The translations under genes and the position numbers were made by a program. Of a DNA stretch of 64,000 bases, positions 8,757 to 19,329 are shown in pieces (position 1 is the first letter of the stretch; the number at the start of each line of letters is the position of its first letter). This DNA comes from an uncultured Oceanococcus sp. (GTDB lineage: Bacteria; Pseudomonadota; Gammaproteobacteria; Nevskiales; Oceanococcaceae): NCBI GenBank assembly GCA_964629015.1, contig CAZVMN010000007.1:86590-150589 (forward strand). Reading direction: 5' to 3'. Under the pieces are notes generated by a model that saw only the letters and a list, made by a program, of their open reading frames with translations, was not told the origin of the DNA and searched no databases.

Positions 8757-10630
8757 TCAGCGACGTAGCGCTGCGGTTCCGGATCGACCCAACGGTTGCC
8801 CGGCACCGCGCTTCCCGCCCACTCTATCGGTAACAATCCGCCGACCAGATTACCCACCGGGTTGAGCAAGGCATCAAGAATGTCGCTCACCGTGCTCAAC
8901 AAAGGTTGAGTTGATGCGGCCACCGGATCCTGACTCGGCGTGGATGCCGCCGAGGTATCCCAGTCATATGAACGGCTCCAAATGTAGGCGCGTGACCAGA
9001 TATAGGCACGGCTCCAGATGTAAGCCCGCGACCAGATGTAGGCACGGCTCCAGATGTAAGCCCGAGACCAGATATAGGCGCGGCTCCAGATGTAGGCGTC
9101 ACCATTCAGCTCGGTCGGATTGCCGTTCTCATCGCGAATCACAAAGTTGCCGTTGGCATCTTCCTGCACCGGGCCAGCGTAGTGCTGCTCACCAGACAGA
9201 TCCTTGGCGATGTCCAGCCCCTGATTGGCGCAGCCAGACGCATCGCTGGCCACCGCATCAGCGGCGTGAATCACACCCGCACCCTGCTGAAACACCGAGT
9301 ACATGGCATCGTTTCCGTGCATTGCCGCATAAGCCGTGCTGGCCAAACGGCATTTCACGTCATCCGGGCTCAGCGTGGGATCGGCCTGCAGCATCAGCGC
9401 GACCACGCCACTCACCACAGCAGCAGATTGCGAGGTGCCAGACATACGGAAGTGACGGTTGTCTTCCAGCAGGTAGGTCTCATGACCTTCAATGATCTTG
9501 GCCTGAGACGGCATCACGCCCATCAAGTGTCCGCCCGGCGCAACAAAATCCGGTTTCACAAAGCCTTCGAAGGTTGGTCCCACGGAGGAAAACTCCGACA
9601 GAAAATTGTCGCTGTGATCGTCCGGCGTGTAGTTGTCATCCGCCGCACCAACCGTAATCACGTACGGAAGATTGCCAGGCACGCCGATGGTCATCGGTTC
9701 CGGCCCGGAGTTGCCAGCGGATGCCACAACCACAATGCCGGCCTGCCAAGCCGCCATGACCGCTTGATTCAGTGGATCGTCCCAGTAGAACGACTGCGGC
9801 GGCGCGCTGAATGACATATTCAGAACGCGGATGTTGTATTCGTCACGGTGCGTGACCACCCACTCGATGCCCTCGATCACGTCCAGATAGGTCGACGAGC
9901 CGTTCTCATCGAAGGCTTTGACATCAACCAGATCAGCATCCGGCGCGATGCCCTGATAGCGACCGCTGGGGGTAATAAAGCTGCTCGCAGCCACCGTAGA
10001 AATGTGTGTGCCATGACCACTGGGATCACCATCGACGTCGTCAATCACATTGACGCGCGCAACGATGCGCGGGGTGCGCAGATTGACCCCCAGCTCCAGG
10101 CCATGGTGCTGCCAAATACCGGTATCCAGAACAGCGATCGACACGCCACGTCCTGTCACCCCTTGGTTGTGCAGCTGATCAGCCGCAACCCACGTGGTGT
10201 AGTTCGTTTCCTTGGGCTGCCACAAAATCAGCCCTTCCTGGTCGTCCAATTCCACGTTCTGAACCACGCCACCGACTGTTCCGCCCAGAGTACCCCCCAG
10301 ACTGCCGAGCAAACCCGACACCTTGACCGGGTGGTTAGCCTGAACACGCAGGGCCGGAGGATCGGTACGCAGCTGCTCAACCTGAGCTGCACTCAGGACC
10401 GCGCCAACACCGCGTATCACGCTCAGTTCGGATTCGACTTCACCGCCCACCCGCTCGACCCAGGCGCGAGCCTCGGCGGCAGTATTGGCTTGAACAATGT
10501 AACGCTCACCATCGACGACGAGCGCTTGCGCGTGAACGCTAGAAACCGAAACAGCCATTAGGGCCAAAACGGCGGCGGCGGAATGGCGAAAAATTGAAGT
10601 CATGGCGTGCTCACTTGTGACTTGAGTCAT
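8753..10630 (-). CDS. secreted S8 (subtilisin-like) serine peptidase with I9-like propeptide and repeat-containing C-terminal tail
   Basis: Signal peptide (AVLALMAVSVSSVHA). Catalytic triad motifs are VLDTGI (Asp), HGTHIS (His) and SGTSQSAA (Ser). The C-terminal tail carries AYIWSR repeats. The true start may be the internal Met at about 10603. Confidence 0.9.
   Translation of the reverse strand: MTQVTSEHAMTSIFRHSAAAVLALMAVSVSSVHAQALVVDGERYIVQANTAAEARAWVERVGGEVESELSVIRGVGAVLSAAQVEQLRTDPPALRVQANHPVKVSGLLGSLGGTLGGTVGGVVQNVELDDQEGLILWQPKETNYTTWVAADQLHNQGVTGRGVSIAVLDTGIWQHHGLELGVNLRTPRIVARVNVIDDVDGDPSGHGTHISTVAASSFITPSGRYQGIAPDADLVDVKAFDENGSSTYLDVIEGIEWVVTHRDEYNIRVLNMSFSAPPQSFYWDDPLNQAVMAAWQAGIVVVASAGNSGPEPMTIGVPGNLPYVITVGAADDNYTPDDHSDNFLSEFSSVGPTFEGFVKPDFVAPGGHLMGVMPSQAKIIEGHETYLLEDNRHFRMSGTSQSAAVVSGVVALMLQADPTLSPDDVKCRLASTAYAAMHGNDAMYSVFQQGAGVIHAADAVASDASGCANQGLDIAKDLSGEQHYAGPVQEDANGNFVIRDENGNPTELNGDAYIWSRAYIWSRAYIWSRAYIWSRAYIWSRAYIWSRAYIWSRSYDWDTSAASTPSQDPVAASTQPLLSTVSDILDALLNPVGNLVGGLLPIEWAGSAVPGNRWVDPEPQRYVAD
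8960..9103 (-). repeat. in-frame 18-bp tandem repeat (8 units including degenerate end units) encoding AYIWSR
   Basis: The plus strand reads successive ccaNatRtaRgcNcgNNN units. The translation is DAYIWSR followed by AYIWSR x6, then SYDWD. Synonymous positions differ between units. Confidence 0.9.
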
Positions 10631-10742
10631 GGCCCTGCAAGTGTCATTCCGCGCCTTTGACGTCAGGCAACACGAATAAGACTCTTGTGGGATTGGCGTA
10701 GACTTTGCACTGCCCTGCGCGAATTAAATGTGAACGGCCGGC

Positions 10743-13700
10743 ATGCCTCGAAACCTCCCCACAATCTCTCGGACGCTGAGCAAAGCTCTGGCTGTGCTCG
10801 TCTGTGCATGCGTGAGCGCTTTGATCACGTCGCCATCGCAGGCCACGCCGGTGATGGTTTTTCAATCGTTGAGCCAGAGCGACGGGTTGTCACAGAACAC
10901 TGTCAACGACATTTTTCAGGACAGCTACGGTTTCATCTGGCTGGCCACAGAAAGCGGCCTGAATCGTTATGACGGCAACACGTTCATACGCTATCAGCGC
11001 GATCATCGAGCCCCACACAGTCTGCCGGCCGATTTTGTTTGGGACATCGCCGAGGACCGCGACGGCAATCTTTGGCTGGCCACGCGCGGCAGCGGTCTGG
11101 TGCGCATGGAGCGAACCCGACACAGATTCTCCAGCGCGCTGAATATCGGGGAGGACCGCTACGCCGATAGCCGCAATGGCCGAAGCTTGCTCATCGACAG
11201 CCGTGGTGACATCTGGATGGGCACGCGCAACGCCGGGGTCATCCAGTACTCGCCACAAGGCGCGATCAAACATTGGTACCGCGGAAGCGACGGCAACCCC
11301 GGGGGCGTATACGACTTGCTTGAGCACCCGGACGGGCGGATCCTCATGGCCACGGACCAAGGCGCTTGGCAGCTCGATCCCGGCAGCGGTGGCATGCGCC
11401 CATTGGGCGGGCTCAGTCAGGCTGCGTCCTCATTGCTGCTGGATGTCTCCGGGCGCATCTGGGTGGGTTATTTCGAGCACGGGCTGGAAAGCCTTGGCAG
11501 CGATGCCACTCAGCGCAAACGTTTTCGCCACAATCCCAATGATGCCGACAGCTTGAGTGATGACCGGGTCCGCAGCCTCTTGCAGGACACTGTCGGGCAC
11601 ATCTGGGTTGCCACCCAAACCGGGCTCAATCTGCGCGAATCTCGAGACACGGGCTTTGTGCGCTTTCGCCATGATCCGGCCAACCCCCTCAGTCTCTCTG
11701 ATGATCGATTGATGTCGCTGGCCCAGGATCGAAACGGTCTGATCTGGATCGGCACGCGCGTCGGCGGCGTCAACCGCTGGAACCCTCGGAGCTGGCTGCT
11801 GGGCGGGTATGAGCCAACCGAGCTTGACGGAGCGGTGATTCTGGCCTTTGCCGATGGCGAAGACAGTCAAACCTGGATCGGTAGCTTCGGTGCACCTCTG
11901 GTGCGCGCGAACGACAGCGGCCAAATCACTGCTCAGTTCCGCCCTGAGGACGGTTTTCCGGCACGCGGCGAATCCCCGGTCACCGCGCTATTGCGCGACC
12001 GCCAGCAACGCCTTTGGATTGGTACATTCGACAACGGATTGCAGATTTACCAGACCAGCGACAGGACTTTGTCTTCGCTGCGTCATGACGCCAAAAATCC
12101 GGCGAGCCTGGGCGCCGACGGCATCATGAGTTTGTTCCAGGATCGTCGCGACGACGTTTGGGTGGGCACGTTTGGCGCGGGCATAAGCCGCGTCAGCGCC
12201 GAGACTCAGCGTGTTGAGCGACTGCCTGCTGATCCAGGCTCGCCCTTGCACAAGACCCGTCCGACGGCGATTGCGGAAGACGGCTTTGGCCACATCTGGG
12301 TTGGCACCGATGGTGACGGCCTATTCCGCCTCAATGTCGATGGCGAAGTCGAGCAAAACTTCCGCCATCTTCCAGGTGACGAGCGCGACCTCGGCGCGGA
12401 TACGATCTATGGACTGCTCGTGGACTCGTTCGGACGGCTCTGGATCGGCACCGCAGATGCCGGTCTGGTCCACCTCGCCCTGGATCAGATGCGCAGCGAT
12501 CGCCCCAGTTTTCAACGGCTCACCGCCGCCCAAGGCCTACCCAGCAACGTAATTAATGGCTTGCGCGAAGATGAGCGCGGTCGCCTGTGGATCAGCACCA
12601 ACCGGGGCCTCGTCCGTTATACCCCGGAAAATGGCGAGCTACGCCAATTCCATCAGGCTCAGGGGCTGCAGAGTGAAGAGCTCAACTTCGGAGCCATCCA
12701 CAAATCCAGCGACGGCCGATTGTTCTTTGGCGGGCATGGCGGATACAACAGTTTCATGCCGGCGAGCATAGAACCGCTGAACAAGCCCCCGCAAATCGTC
12801 ATCACGGCACTGGAAAGCGTGAATCGTCCGGTCACCACCGCTGTGCCCTATCCGGCGGTGCAGGCCATAACCCTTGGCCACCGCGACCCGGTATTGAGTA
12901 TCGACTACGCCGCGCTGGACTTCACCGCACCGCAGCGTAATCAGTACTCGGTCATGCTGGAAGGTTTCGACAGCGAATGGTCGCCTCCCAGTTCGCGGAC
13001 ACGCAGCACGTACACCAACCTCGATCCGGGGCGTTACGTTTTCAAGATCAAAGCATCCAACAGCGATGGCGTGTGGACTGAGCAACCCAAGACGCTGGAC
13101 ATCAAGATCAAACCGGCGCCTTGGGCCACGCTGCCGGCCAAATTTTTCTACGTCGCACTGATGTGCGGCTTACTTTGGCTATTCATGCGCTGGCGCTTGC
13201 GCAGCTTGCAGCGCGAAGCGCAGATCAATCAACTGGCCTACTACGACCGCGTAACCGGGCTACCCAACCGGGATCTGCTGGAACTGCGCAGCGCCAATCT
13301 GATTGAAAAACACGACGGCTTACACCCCTCGACGGCCTTTATTGTGGTTCGCATCGGTCCGTTCAAACATCTCCAGGACAGCCTCGGTTTTCGTTCGACG
13401 GATGACATCATGCGCACCATCAGTCGGCGCCTGTCGCAAGTGATATTCGCTGATGGCGCCAGCAGCGCCTCAAGAGAGCTGGCACGGCTGGGCGAGGAAT
13501 CGTTCGTCGCTGTCATGCAAATGGAAGCGGCCGAAATGCAGGCCATGCGCTGGGCGCGCACGCTCAGCGAAGCGGCCTCGACCCCCGTCGAATTCGGCGC
13601 CCACAAAGTCAGTGTGCAGGTCCGTGTGGGTATCGCCTGCTATCCCAAACATGCCAACGACGTTTTCACCCTGATCAAATGTGCTGACACCGCCGCGCAC

Positions 13701-14552
13701 GACGCCGCGCGTGATGGACAGTCCGGCATCGCCTTTTATGAACACGGCATGACCGAACGGGCCTTGGACCGCCTGACCCTGGAAAGCGACCTGCGCCAAG
13801 CCATCAAAGACGATGAGCTGGAACTTCACCTTCAGGGCAAGTTTGACCGTCAGCGATGCATTGTTGGCACCGAAGCGCTGGTGCGCTGGCGTCATCCGCA
13901 GCGCGGCATGATTTCACCATCCGTGTTTGTTCCTCTGGCCGAGGAAACCGACCTGATACTTGAGCTGGATCATTGGGTTATTGGTCAGGCCTGCGCCACC
14001 CTGGCACGCTGGAAAACCGAAGGCCATGACATCAGCATTGCGGTGAACGTCTCCGCCGAGACATTCATCAGCGGACGGATTTTTTCCGCCCTGAAACGCA
14101 ATCGACAGCGCTACGAATTTGATCCCGCCAAGCTGGAGATCGAGATCACGGAATCGGTGTTGGCCAGCGACATGGACATGATCACCGAGTCGCTCAATCG
14201 CATCAAAGCGCTCGGTCATACGCTCTCCCTGGATGACTTCGGCACGGGCTATTCATCGCTGACCTACTTACAGCGTTTCCCCATCGATAAGCTGAAAATC
14301 GACCAGGCCTTCGTGCGCGATCTGGAGCACCGCAATGATCAACGCGCCCTGTGTACCGCGATTGTGGCGCTGGCCCGCAGTCTCGATATGACCACCGTGG
14401 CGGAAGGCGTTGAGAACCGATTCCAGCTCGATTTTCTATTGTCTCTGGGCTGCGATCAATTGCAGGGCTTTGTGCTGCACAAGCCGCAAGCCGTCGCGGA
14501 CTTTGAACAAGCTTGCCTGCTTCGCGATCAGGTGCCCAAAAACAACTCGTAA
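10743..14552 (+). CDS. membrane sensor: periplasmic two-component-regulator-propeller/Y_Y_Y domain, one TM helix, degenerate GGDEF domain, EAL phosphodiesterase domain
   Basis: Repeated IWxGT/LWIGT propeller motifs. TM helix FFYVALMCGLLWLF. GGDEF site reads RLGEESF. EAL domain retains EALVRW, EITE, DDFGTGYSSL, KIDQAFV and EGVE. Confidence 0.88.
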   Translation: MPRNLPTISRTLSKALAVLVCACVSALITSPSQATPVMVFQSLSQSDGLSQNTVNDIFQDSYGFIWLATESGLNRYDGNTFIRYQRDHRAPHSLPADFVWDIAEDRDGNLWLATRGSGLVRMERTRHRFSSALNIGEDRYADSRNGRSLLIDSRGDIWMGTRNAGVIQYSPQGAIKHWYRGSDGNPGGVYDLLEHPDGRILMATDQGAWQLDPGSGGMRPLGGLSQAASSLLLDVSGRIWVGYFEHGLESLGSDATQRKRFRHNPNDADSLSDDRVRSLLQDTVGHIWVATQTGLNLRESRDTGFVRFRHDPANPLSLSDDRLMSLAQDRNGLIWIGTRVGGVNRWNPRSWLLGGYEPTELDGAVILAFADGEDSQTWIGSFGAPLVRANDSGQITAQFRPEDGFPARGESPVTALLRDRQQRLWIGTFDNGLQIYQTSDRTLSSLRHDAKNPASLGADGIMSLFQDRRDDVWVGTFGAGISRVSAETQRVERLPADPGSPLHKTRPTAIAEDGFGHIWVGTDGDGLFRLNVDGEVEQNFRHLPGDERDLGADTIYGLLVDSFGRLWIGTADAGLVHLALDQMRSDRPSFQRLTAAQGLPSNVINGLREDERGRLWISTNRGLVRYTPENGELRQFHQAQGLQSEELNFGAIHKSSDGRLFFGGHGGYNSFMPASIEPLNKPPQIVITALESVNRPVTTAVPYPAVQAITLGHRDPVLSIDYAALDFTAPQRNQYSVMLEGFDSEWSPPSSRTRSTYTNLDPGRYVFKIKASNSDGVWTEQPKTLDIKIKPAPWATLPAKFFYVALMCGLLWLFMRWRLRSLQREAQINQLAYYDRVTGLPNRDLLELRSANLIEKHDGLHPSTAFIVVRIGPFKHLQDSLGFRSTDDIMRTISRRLSQVIFADGASSASRELARLGEESFVAVMQMEAAEMQAMRWARTLSEAASTPVEFGAHKVSVQVRVGIACYPKHANDVFTLIKCADTAAHDAARDGQSGIAFYEHGMTERALDRLTLESDLRQAIKDDELELHLQGKFDRQRCIVGTEALVRWRHPQRGMISPSVFVPLAEETDLILELDHWVIGQACATLARWKTEGHDISIAVNVSAETFISGRIFSALKRNRQRYEFDPAKLEIEITESVLASDMDMITESLNRIKALGHTLSLDDFGTGYSSLTYLQRFPIDKLKIDQAFVRDLEHRNDQRALCTAIVALARSLDMTTVAEGVENRFQLDFLLSLGCDQLQGFVLHKPQAVADFEQACLLRDQVPKNNS

Positions 14553-16057
14553 GCCGGGTTGCCGGTCTCTTCGTGATACGCGTAAGACAAGCTATCGAGC
14601 GCTTCGCGACAGGCTGCATGCTCATGCTGCGGCACCTGAATGCCGACCAGCACTCGCCCGTAGGCCGCGCCGTGATTGCGATAGTGAAACAGGGATATAT
14701 TCCAGCGCGTGCCGATGCGCTGCAAGAACGCCAGCAGCGCCCCTGGGCGTTCCGGAAACTCGAAGCGGAATAAGAGCTCGTTCTGCAACCCCGGAACACG
14801 ACCACCGACCATGTAGCGCACATGCACCTTGGCCATTTCGCTTTCGCTCAGGTCGGTGACCGGGAAACCTGCTGCACTGAAGGATTCCACCAAGGCTGAA
14901 CGCTCCGACGCTTTGCCCAACTTCACACCGACGAAAATGTGCGCGTCGCTTTTGTCAGCGTAACGGTAATTGAACTCGGTGACCGCACGCCGCCCCAGCT
15001 GCTCGCAGAACGCCAGGAAGCTACCCGGACGCTCCGGGATGGTAACCGCAAACAACGCCTCGCGATGCTCACCCAATTCGGCACGTTCCGCGATATGACG
15101 CAAGCGGTCAAAGTTGACATTTGCGCCACTCTCGATAGCGACCAAAACCTCATTTTCACGCTGAGGATGGGCTTCGGCGTATTTCTTCAGCCCCGCTATA
15201 GCCAGCGCTCCGGCCGGCTCCGGCACAGATCGATTGTCCTCAAACACATCGCGCACGGCCGCGCAGATTTCATCCACGCTACATGTGACCACGTCATCGA
15301 CCAGCTCGCGGCAAACATCAAAGGTGTGCTTGCCGATCTGGCGAACCGCGACACCATCGGCAAACAAGCCGACCTGCGCGAGCACGCCGCGCTCGCCGGT
15401 GTCCAGAGCCAACTTGAGACACGCCGCGTCTTCCGGCTCAACCGCGACAATCCGAATCGACGGATCGGCAGCCTTGATCGCTAAGGCCACACCGGCAATC
15501 AAACCGCCGCCGCCAACCGGAACAAAAATGGCATCCGGTTTTTCGCTGTACTGTTTGAGAATTTCCTGCCCCACGGTGGCCTGCCCGGCGATCACGTCCG
15601 GATCGTCATAGGGATGCACATAGGTCAGGTCTTGCTCGCGGGCCAGGGCTTGTGCGTGTTCGCTGGCCACATCAAACGTATCGCCGTGCAATACGACCTC
15701 GCCACCGTGCGCGCGCACCGCATCGACCTTGATGCTCGGTGTGGTGCTGGGCATCACGATGACGGCACGCAAGCCCATTCGCGTTGCCGCCAACGCTAGG
15801 CCCTGAGCGTGATTACCCGCCGATGCCGCGATCACACCACACTGTCGGTCGTCCTCGCTCAGGCAACGAAGCTTGTTGTAGGCCCCACGCAGCTTGAAAG
15901 AGAATACCGGCTGCAAATCTTCGCGCTTGAGCCAGACCCGATGCCCCACGCGCTCGCTCAGTTTGCGGGCAAATTCAAGCGGGGTTTGAATCGCAACCTC
16001 ATACACATCTGCGTTGGCGAGACGTGAGGCATATTGCGCAAGGATTTCGACAGGCAT
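14528..16057 (-). CDS. ilvA: biosynthetic threonine ammonia-lyase (threonine dehydratase)
   Basis: PLP Lys motif FSFKLRGAY, a GGGGL loop and two C-terminal ACT-like regulatory repeats. Start trimmed to MPVEILAQY, giving 509 aa (the ORF track extends to 16141). Confidence 0.93.
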   Translation of the reverse strand: MPVEILAQYASRLANADVYEVAIQTPLEFARKLSERVGHRVWLKREDLQPVFSFKLRGAYNKLRCLSEDDRQCGVIAASAGNHAQGLALAATRMGLRAVIVMPSTTPSIKVDAVRAHGGEVVLHGDTFDVASEHAQALAREQDLTYVHPYDDPDVIAGQATVGQEILKQYSEKPDAIFVPVGGGGLIAGVALAIKAADPSIRIVAVEPEDAACLKLALDTGERGVLAQVGLFADGVAVRQIGKHTFDVCRELVDDVVTCSVDEICAAVRDVFEDNRSVPEPAGALAIAGLKKYAEAHPQRENEVLVAIESGANVNFDRLRHIAERAELGEHREALFAVTIPERPGSFLAFCEQLGRRAVTEFNYRYADKSDAHIFVGVKLGKASERSALVESFSAAGFPVTDLSESEMAKVHVRYMVGGRVPGLQNELLFRFEFPERPGALLAFLQRIGTRWNISLFHYRNHGAAYGRVLVGIQVPQHEHAACREALDSLSYAYHEETGNPAYELFLGT

Positions 16058-16152
16058 CAAACCGCTGAATCGGGGACAATGGGCGGGCAGAATACCCAAA
16101 GGCGCGCGCGCGGTAAAAGCGCGAGCCCCTCGGCCTCTCAAGGATTTTAGAT

Positions 16153-16971
16153 ATGCACAGCAAAACCATCGGCTTCATTGGTGGCGGAAATATGGCCACC
16201 AGTCTGATTGGCGGCCTGGTGGCGACCAGCCACGATCCTGACCGCATCCTGGTCACCGAGCCGAATGCGGATCGTCGTGACCTGTTGGTTTCTGATCATG
16301 GCATCGTCGCGCTCCAGGACAACACGGTGTTGGCCGCGCAGTCCGATGTCATCGTGCTCGCCGTGAAGCCCAACGTGATGGTCAGTGTGCTGGAAGAAAT
16401 CCACCAAACGGTGCAAGTGCGCAAACCGCTGATCATCAGCATTGCCGCCGGCATTCCTTTGCAACGCTATCGGGACCTGCTTGGACCCGGTGTACCGATC
16501 GTACGCTCCATGCCCAATACCCCGGCGTTGGTTCGGGCAGGTATGACGGGGGCCATTATTGATGCGGACAACCCCGCCGAAGTGCGCAAGTTGGCCACCG
16601 CGGTGCTTGCCGCCGCCGGCGAAGTGCGCTGGTTTGAAACCGATCATGATTTGGACTGTCTGACCGCTGTGTCAGGCAGTGGCCCGGCTTATTTCTTCCA
16701 TTTAATGGAATGCATGCAAGCCGGCGCGGAACGCCTGGGCATGACACCCGAGGTCGCCCGCGATCTGGTCTTGCACACCGCTTATGGCGCCGCCAAGTTG
16801 GCCCTGCATGACAGTGCGTCACCGGCTGAGCTGCGCCAACGCGTGACCTCCCCGGGTGGAACCACAGCCAAGGCGCTGGAAGCCTTTGCTGCGGGAGATT
16901 TTCCCCGTGTGGTGGACAACGCCATGCAGGCTGTGGTCAAGCGCGCGGCCGAGATGTCGCGTGAAAACTGA
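16153..16971 (+). CDS. proC: pyrroline-5-carboxylate reductase
   Basis: IGFIGGGNMA Rossmann N-terminus and SPGGTT motif. Conserved proC-yggT order. Confidence 0.93.
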   Translation: MHSKTIGFIGGGNMATSLIGGLVATSHDPDRILVTEPNADRRDLLVSDHGIVALQDNTVLAAQSDVIVLAVKPNVMVSVLEEIHQTVQVRKPLIISIAAGIPLQRYRDLLGPGVPIVRSMPNTPALVRAGMTGAIIDADNPAEVRKLATAVLAAAGEVRWFETDHDLDCLTAVSGSGPAYFFHLMECMQAGAERLGMTPEVARDLVLHTAYGAAKLALHDSASPAELRQRVTSPGGTTAKALEAFAAGDFPRVVDNAMQAVVKRAAEMSREN

Positions 16972-17024
16972 TCGTTTGCCCCCATACACTCAAGATGCTT
17001 TCGCCTTAATCGCGTGACACCCGC

Positions 17025-17582
17025 ATGACTTCCAACATCGACAACGCTGGGCTGTTTCTGGTCAATACTTTGTTCAGCCTGTACGCCTACACGCTGATTT
17101 TGCGCATCCTGCTGCAGTGGGTGCGCGCAGACTTCTACAACCCCATGGCACAGTTCGTGTGGAAGGTGACCAACCCGCCGACGCAGATTCTGCGCCAGCT
17201 CGTGCCGCGCTACCGTCAGCTCGATATCCCCGCACTGGTCGTGTTGGTCGTGGTGGTTTTACTCAACATTTTGGTCGATCTGCTGATCATCGGCAGCGGC
17301 GCGAGCCTGGTCACTATTCTGGGGATCACCATCCTGAAGATGCTGACCCTGACCATCAACCTGCTGACCATTACCATTCTGGTTCAAGCGGTGATGAGCT
17401 GGTTCGGCGCGTCCATGCACAGCCCCGCGTCCAGCCTACTGTTTTCCGTCAACGAGCCGATGTTGCGCCCAGTGCGTCGCATCCTGCCGCCGGTCGGTGG
17501 CCTGGATTTGTCGCCGTTGGTGGTGATTTTGGTTCTTCAGGTGCTGATTCGCCTGATCCCCTTGCCGTACATTTTTCGATGA
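17025..17582 (+). CDS. yggT: YggT family membrane protein
   Basis: 185 aa, duplicated YggT-type TM repeats. Position after proC. Confidence 0.85.
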   Translation: MTSNIDNAGLFLVNTLFSLYAYTLILRILLQWVRADFYNPMAQFVWKVTNPPTQILRQLVPRYRQLDIPALVVLVVVVLLNILVDLLIIGSGASLVTILGITILKMLTLTINLLTITILVQAVMSWFGASMHSPASSLLFSVNEPMLRPVRRILPPVGGLDLSPLVVILVLQVLIRLIPLPYIFR

Positions 17583-18736
17583 GCGAAACCACAGCGTCCT
17601 GGCCGGCTGATTCGGTTGGCCTGGTCTCGCCCCGCAGCCTGCATTTCGATCAAGCACTTGAACTGGATTGCGGCCGCAGTCTGGAAGCTTTCGATCTGAT
17701 GATCGAAACCTATGGCGAGCTAAATACGACACGCAGCAACGCCGTACTGATCTGTCATGCGCTGTCGGGTGATCATCATGCTGCTGGCTACCACAGCGCG
17801 GACGACCGTAAACCCGGCTGGTGGGAGTCCTGTGTTGGACCGGGCAAACCGATTGATACCAATCGATTTTTCGTGGTTTGCCTGAACAACCTCGGCGGCT
17901 GCGGCGGCTCAACCGGTCCGAATGTTGTGCGCACCGATACTGGCAAGCCGTGGGGCCCAGATTTCCCCATCGTCACGGTGCGTGACTGGGTCCGCTCGCA
18001 GCACCGTCTGATGCAGGCCCTGGACATCCCGCGCTGGGCCGCCGTCATCGGCGGCAGTCTGGGCGGCATGCAGGCTCTGCAGTGGAGCGTGGATTTCCCG
18101 GAGCTGACCCGTCATGTGGTGGCCATTGCGGCTGCACCGCGCCTTTCGACCCAGAACATCGCGTTCAACGAAGTGGCGCGTCAGGCCATTCTGACCGACC
18201 CGGACTTTCACGACGGCCGCTATACCGAGAACGGCACGGTCCCCAGCCGCGGCTTGATGCTGGCCCGCATGCTCGGACACATCACGTATCTGTCGGATAA
18301 CGCGATGGCCGACAAGTTTGGTCGCGACCTGATCAGCGGCAACCCGCAGTTCTCGTTCGAGGCGGAGTTCCAAGTCGAGAGCTATCTGCGCTATCAAGGC
18401 CGCAGCTTCATCGACCGCTTCGATGCCAACACCTATCTGCTCATGACCAAAGCGCTGGATTACTTTGATCCGGCCCGCGACTTTGGCGGCGATCTGGTCC
18501 AGGCGTTTGAGCGTACCGACGCTGGTTTTCTGCTGGTCGCTTTTACCCGCGACTGGCGTTTTTCACCGGAGCGTTCGCGCGAGCTGATGCGCGCGCTGCT
18601 GCAGGCCGGAAAATCAGTCAGCTACGCCTGCATCGACTCGCCGCTCGGCCATGACGATTTCCTCGTCCCTGTGCCGGACTATCTCAAGGTCTTTGGCCAG
18701 TACATGAGCAGGGTCGCCGAGGAGGCAGGTGCATGA
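17579..18736 (+). CDS. metX: homoserine O-acyltransferase MetX (MetXS/MetXA type)
   Basis: Alpha/beta hydrolase with [10 protein letters not shown] nucleophile elbow and CHALSGDHH motif, followed by metW. True start is MSETTASW at 17579 (ATGA overlap with yggT). The upstream part of the 539-aa ORF is a frame artefact across yggT. Confidence 0.93.
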   Translation: MSETTASWPADSVGLVSPRSLHFDQALELDCGRSLEAFDLMIETYGELNTTRSNAVLICHALSGDHHAAGYHSADDRKPGWWESCVGPGKPIDTNRFFVVCLNNLGGCGGSTGPNVVRTDTGKPWGPDFPIVTVRDWVRSQHRLMQALDIPRWAAVIGGSLGGMQALQWSVDFPELTRHVVAIAAAPRLSTQNIAFNEVARQAILTDPDFHDGRYTENGTVPSRGLMLARMLGHITYLSDNAMADKFGRDLISGNPQFSFEAEFQVESYLRYQGRSFIDRFDANTYLLMTKALDYFDPARDFGGDLVQAFERTDAGFLLVAFTRDWRFSPERSRELMRALLQAGKSVSYACIDSPLGHDDFLVPVPDYLKVFGQYMSRVAEEAGA

Positions 18737-19329
18737 AGCCGGAATTCTCGATAATCAGCGAATGGATTGAGCCGGACAGCCGTGTACTCGATCTGGGTTG
18801 CGGTGACGGCACCTTGCTGGCGCTGCTTCAGGCCGAACGCAATGTCACCGGTTATGGGCTGGATCTGGATGTCGGCAATATCGCTGCCTGCATCGCCAAA
18901 GGCGTGGACGCCATTCACACTGACGTTGACAACGGGCTGAGCGAATTCAGTGACCAACGCTTCGACTATGTGGTCATGACCCAAGCCCTGCAAGTCATGC
19001 AGCAGCCCGATCAGGTGCTGATCGAGATGCTGCGCGTGGGTCGTCGCGGCGTGGTGACCTTCCCCAACTTTGCCCACTGGTCCACACGCATGCAGCTGAT
19101 GCTGTCCGGTCGAATGCCGCGCACCCGCGCTCTGCCCGCGACCTGGTACAACACGCAGAACATCCACTTATGCACGCTCAAGGATTTTGAAGCACTGTGC
19201 GATGAACTGGGTATCCGCGTGCTGGAGCGACGGGTCTCGGATGATCAGCACCGTAACGGCCGCTCACGGCGCTGGTTTCCCAATCTCTCAGGCCAGGTTG
19301 GCCTTTACCTGCTGGACAAACCACGATGA
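18733..19329 (+). CDS. metW: methionine biosynthesis protein MetW
   Basis: [11 protein letters not shown]-MTase-like motif, 198 aa, 4-nt overlap with metX. Confidence 0.9.
   Translation: MKPEFSIISEWIEPDSRVLDLGCGDGTLLALLQAERNVTGYGLDLDVGNIAACIAKGVDAIHTDVDNGLSEFSDQRFDYVVMTQALQVMQQPDQVLIEMLRVGRRGVVTFPNFAHWSTRMQLMLSGRMPRTRALPATWYNTQNIHLCTLKDFEALCDELGIRVLERRVSDDQHRNGRSRRWFPNLSGQVGLYLLDKPR

Noticed and set aside
8960-9103. Regular 18-bp repeat array considered as a CRISPR-like or minisatellite element.
   Set aside because: There are no spacers. The units are contiguous, in frame, and translated as part of the S8 protease ORF, so this is a coding tandem repeat (reported as such).
16058-16141. 28-codon N-terminal extension of the ilvA ORF (MRGRGARAFTARAPLG...).
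   Set aside because: It is an Arg/Ala-rich extension without homology to IlvA N-termini. The internal Met gives the expected protein of about 509 aa and leaves a sensible divergent promoter region with proC.
17117-17578. Upstream 154 codons of the 539-aa ORF, which would give MetX a long N-terminal extension.
   Set aside because: This part overlaps yggT in another frame and is Arg/Pro/Gly/His-rich, as expected for an off-frame high-GC artefact. A canonical MetX N-terminus begins at the ATG at 17579, which overlaps the yggT stop.
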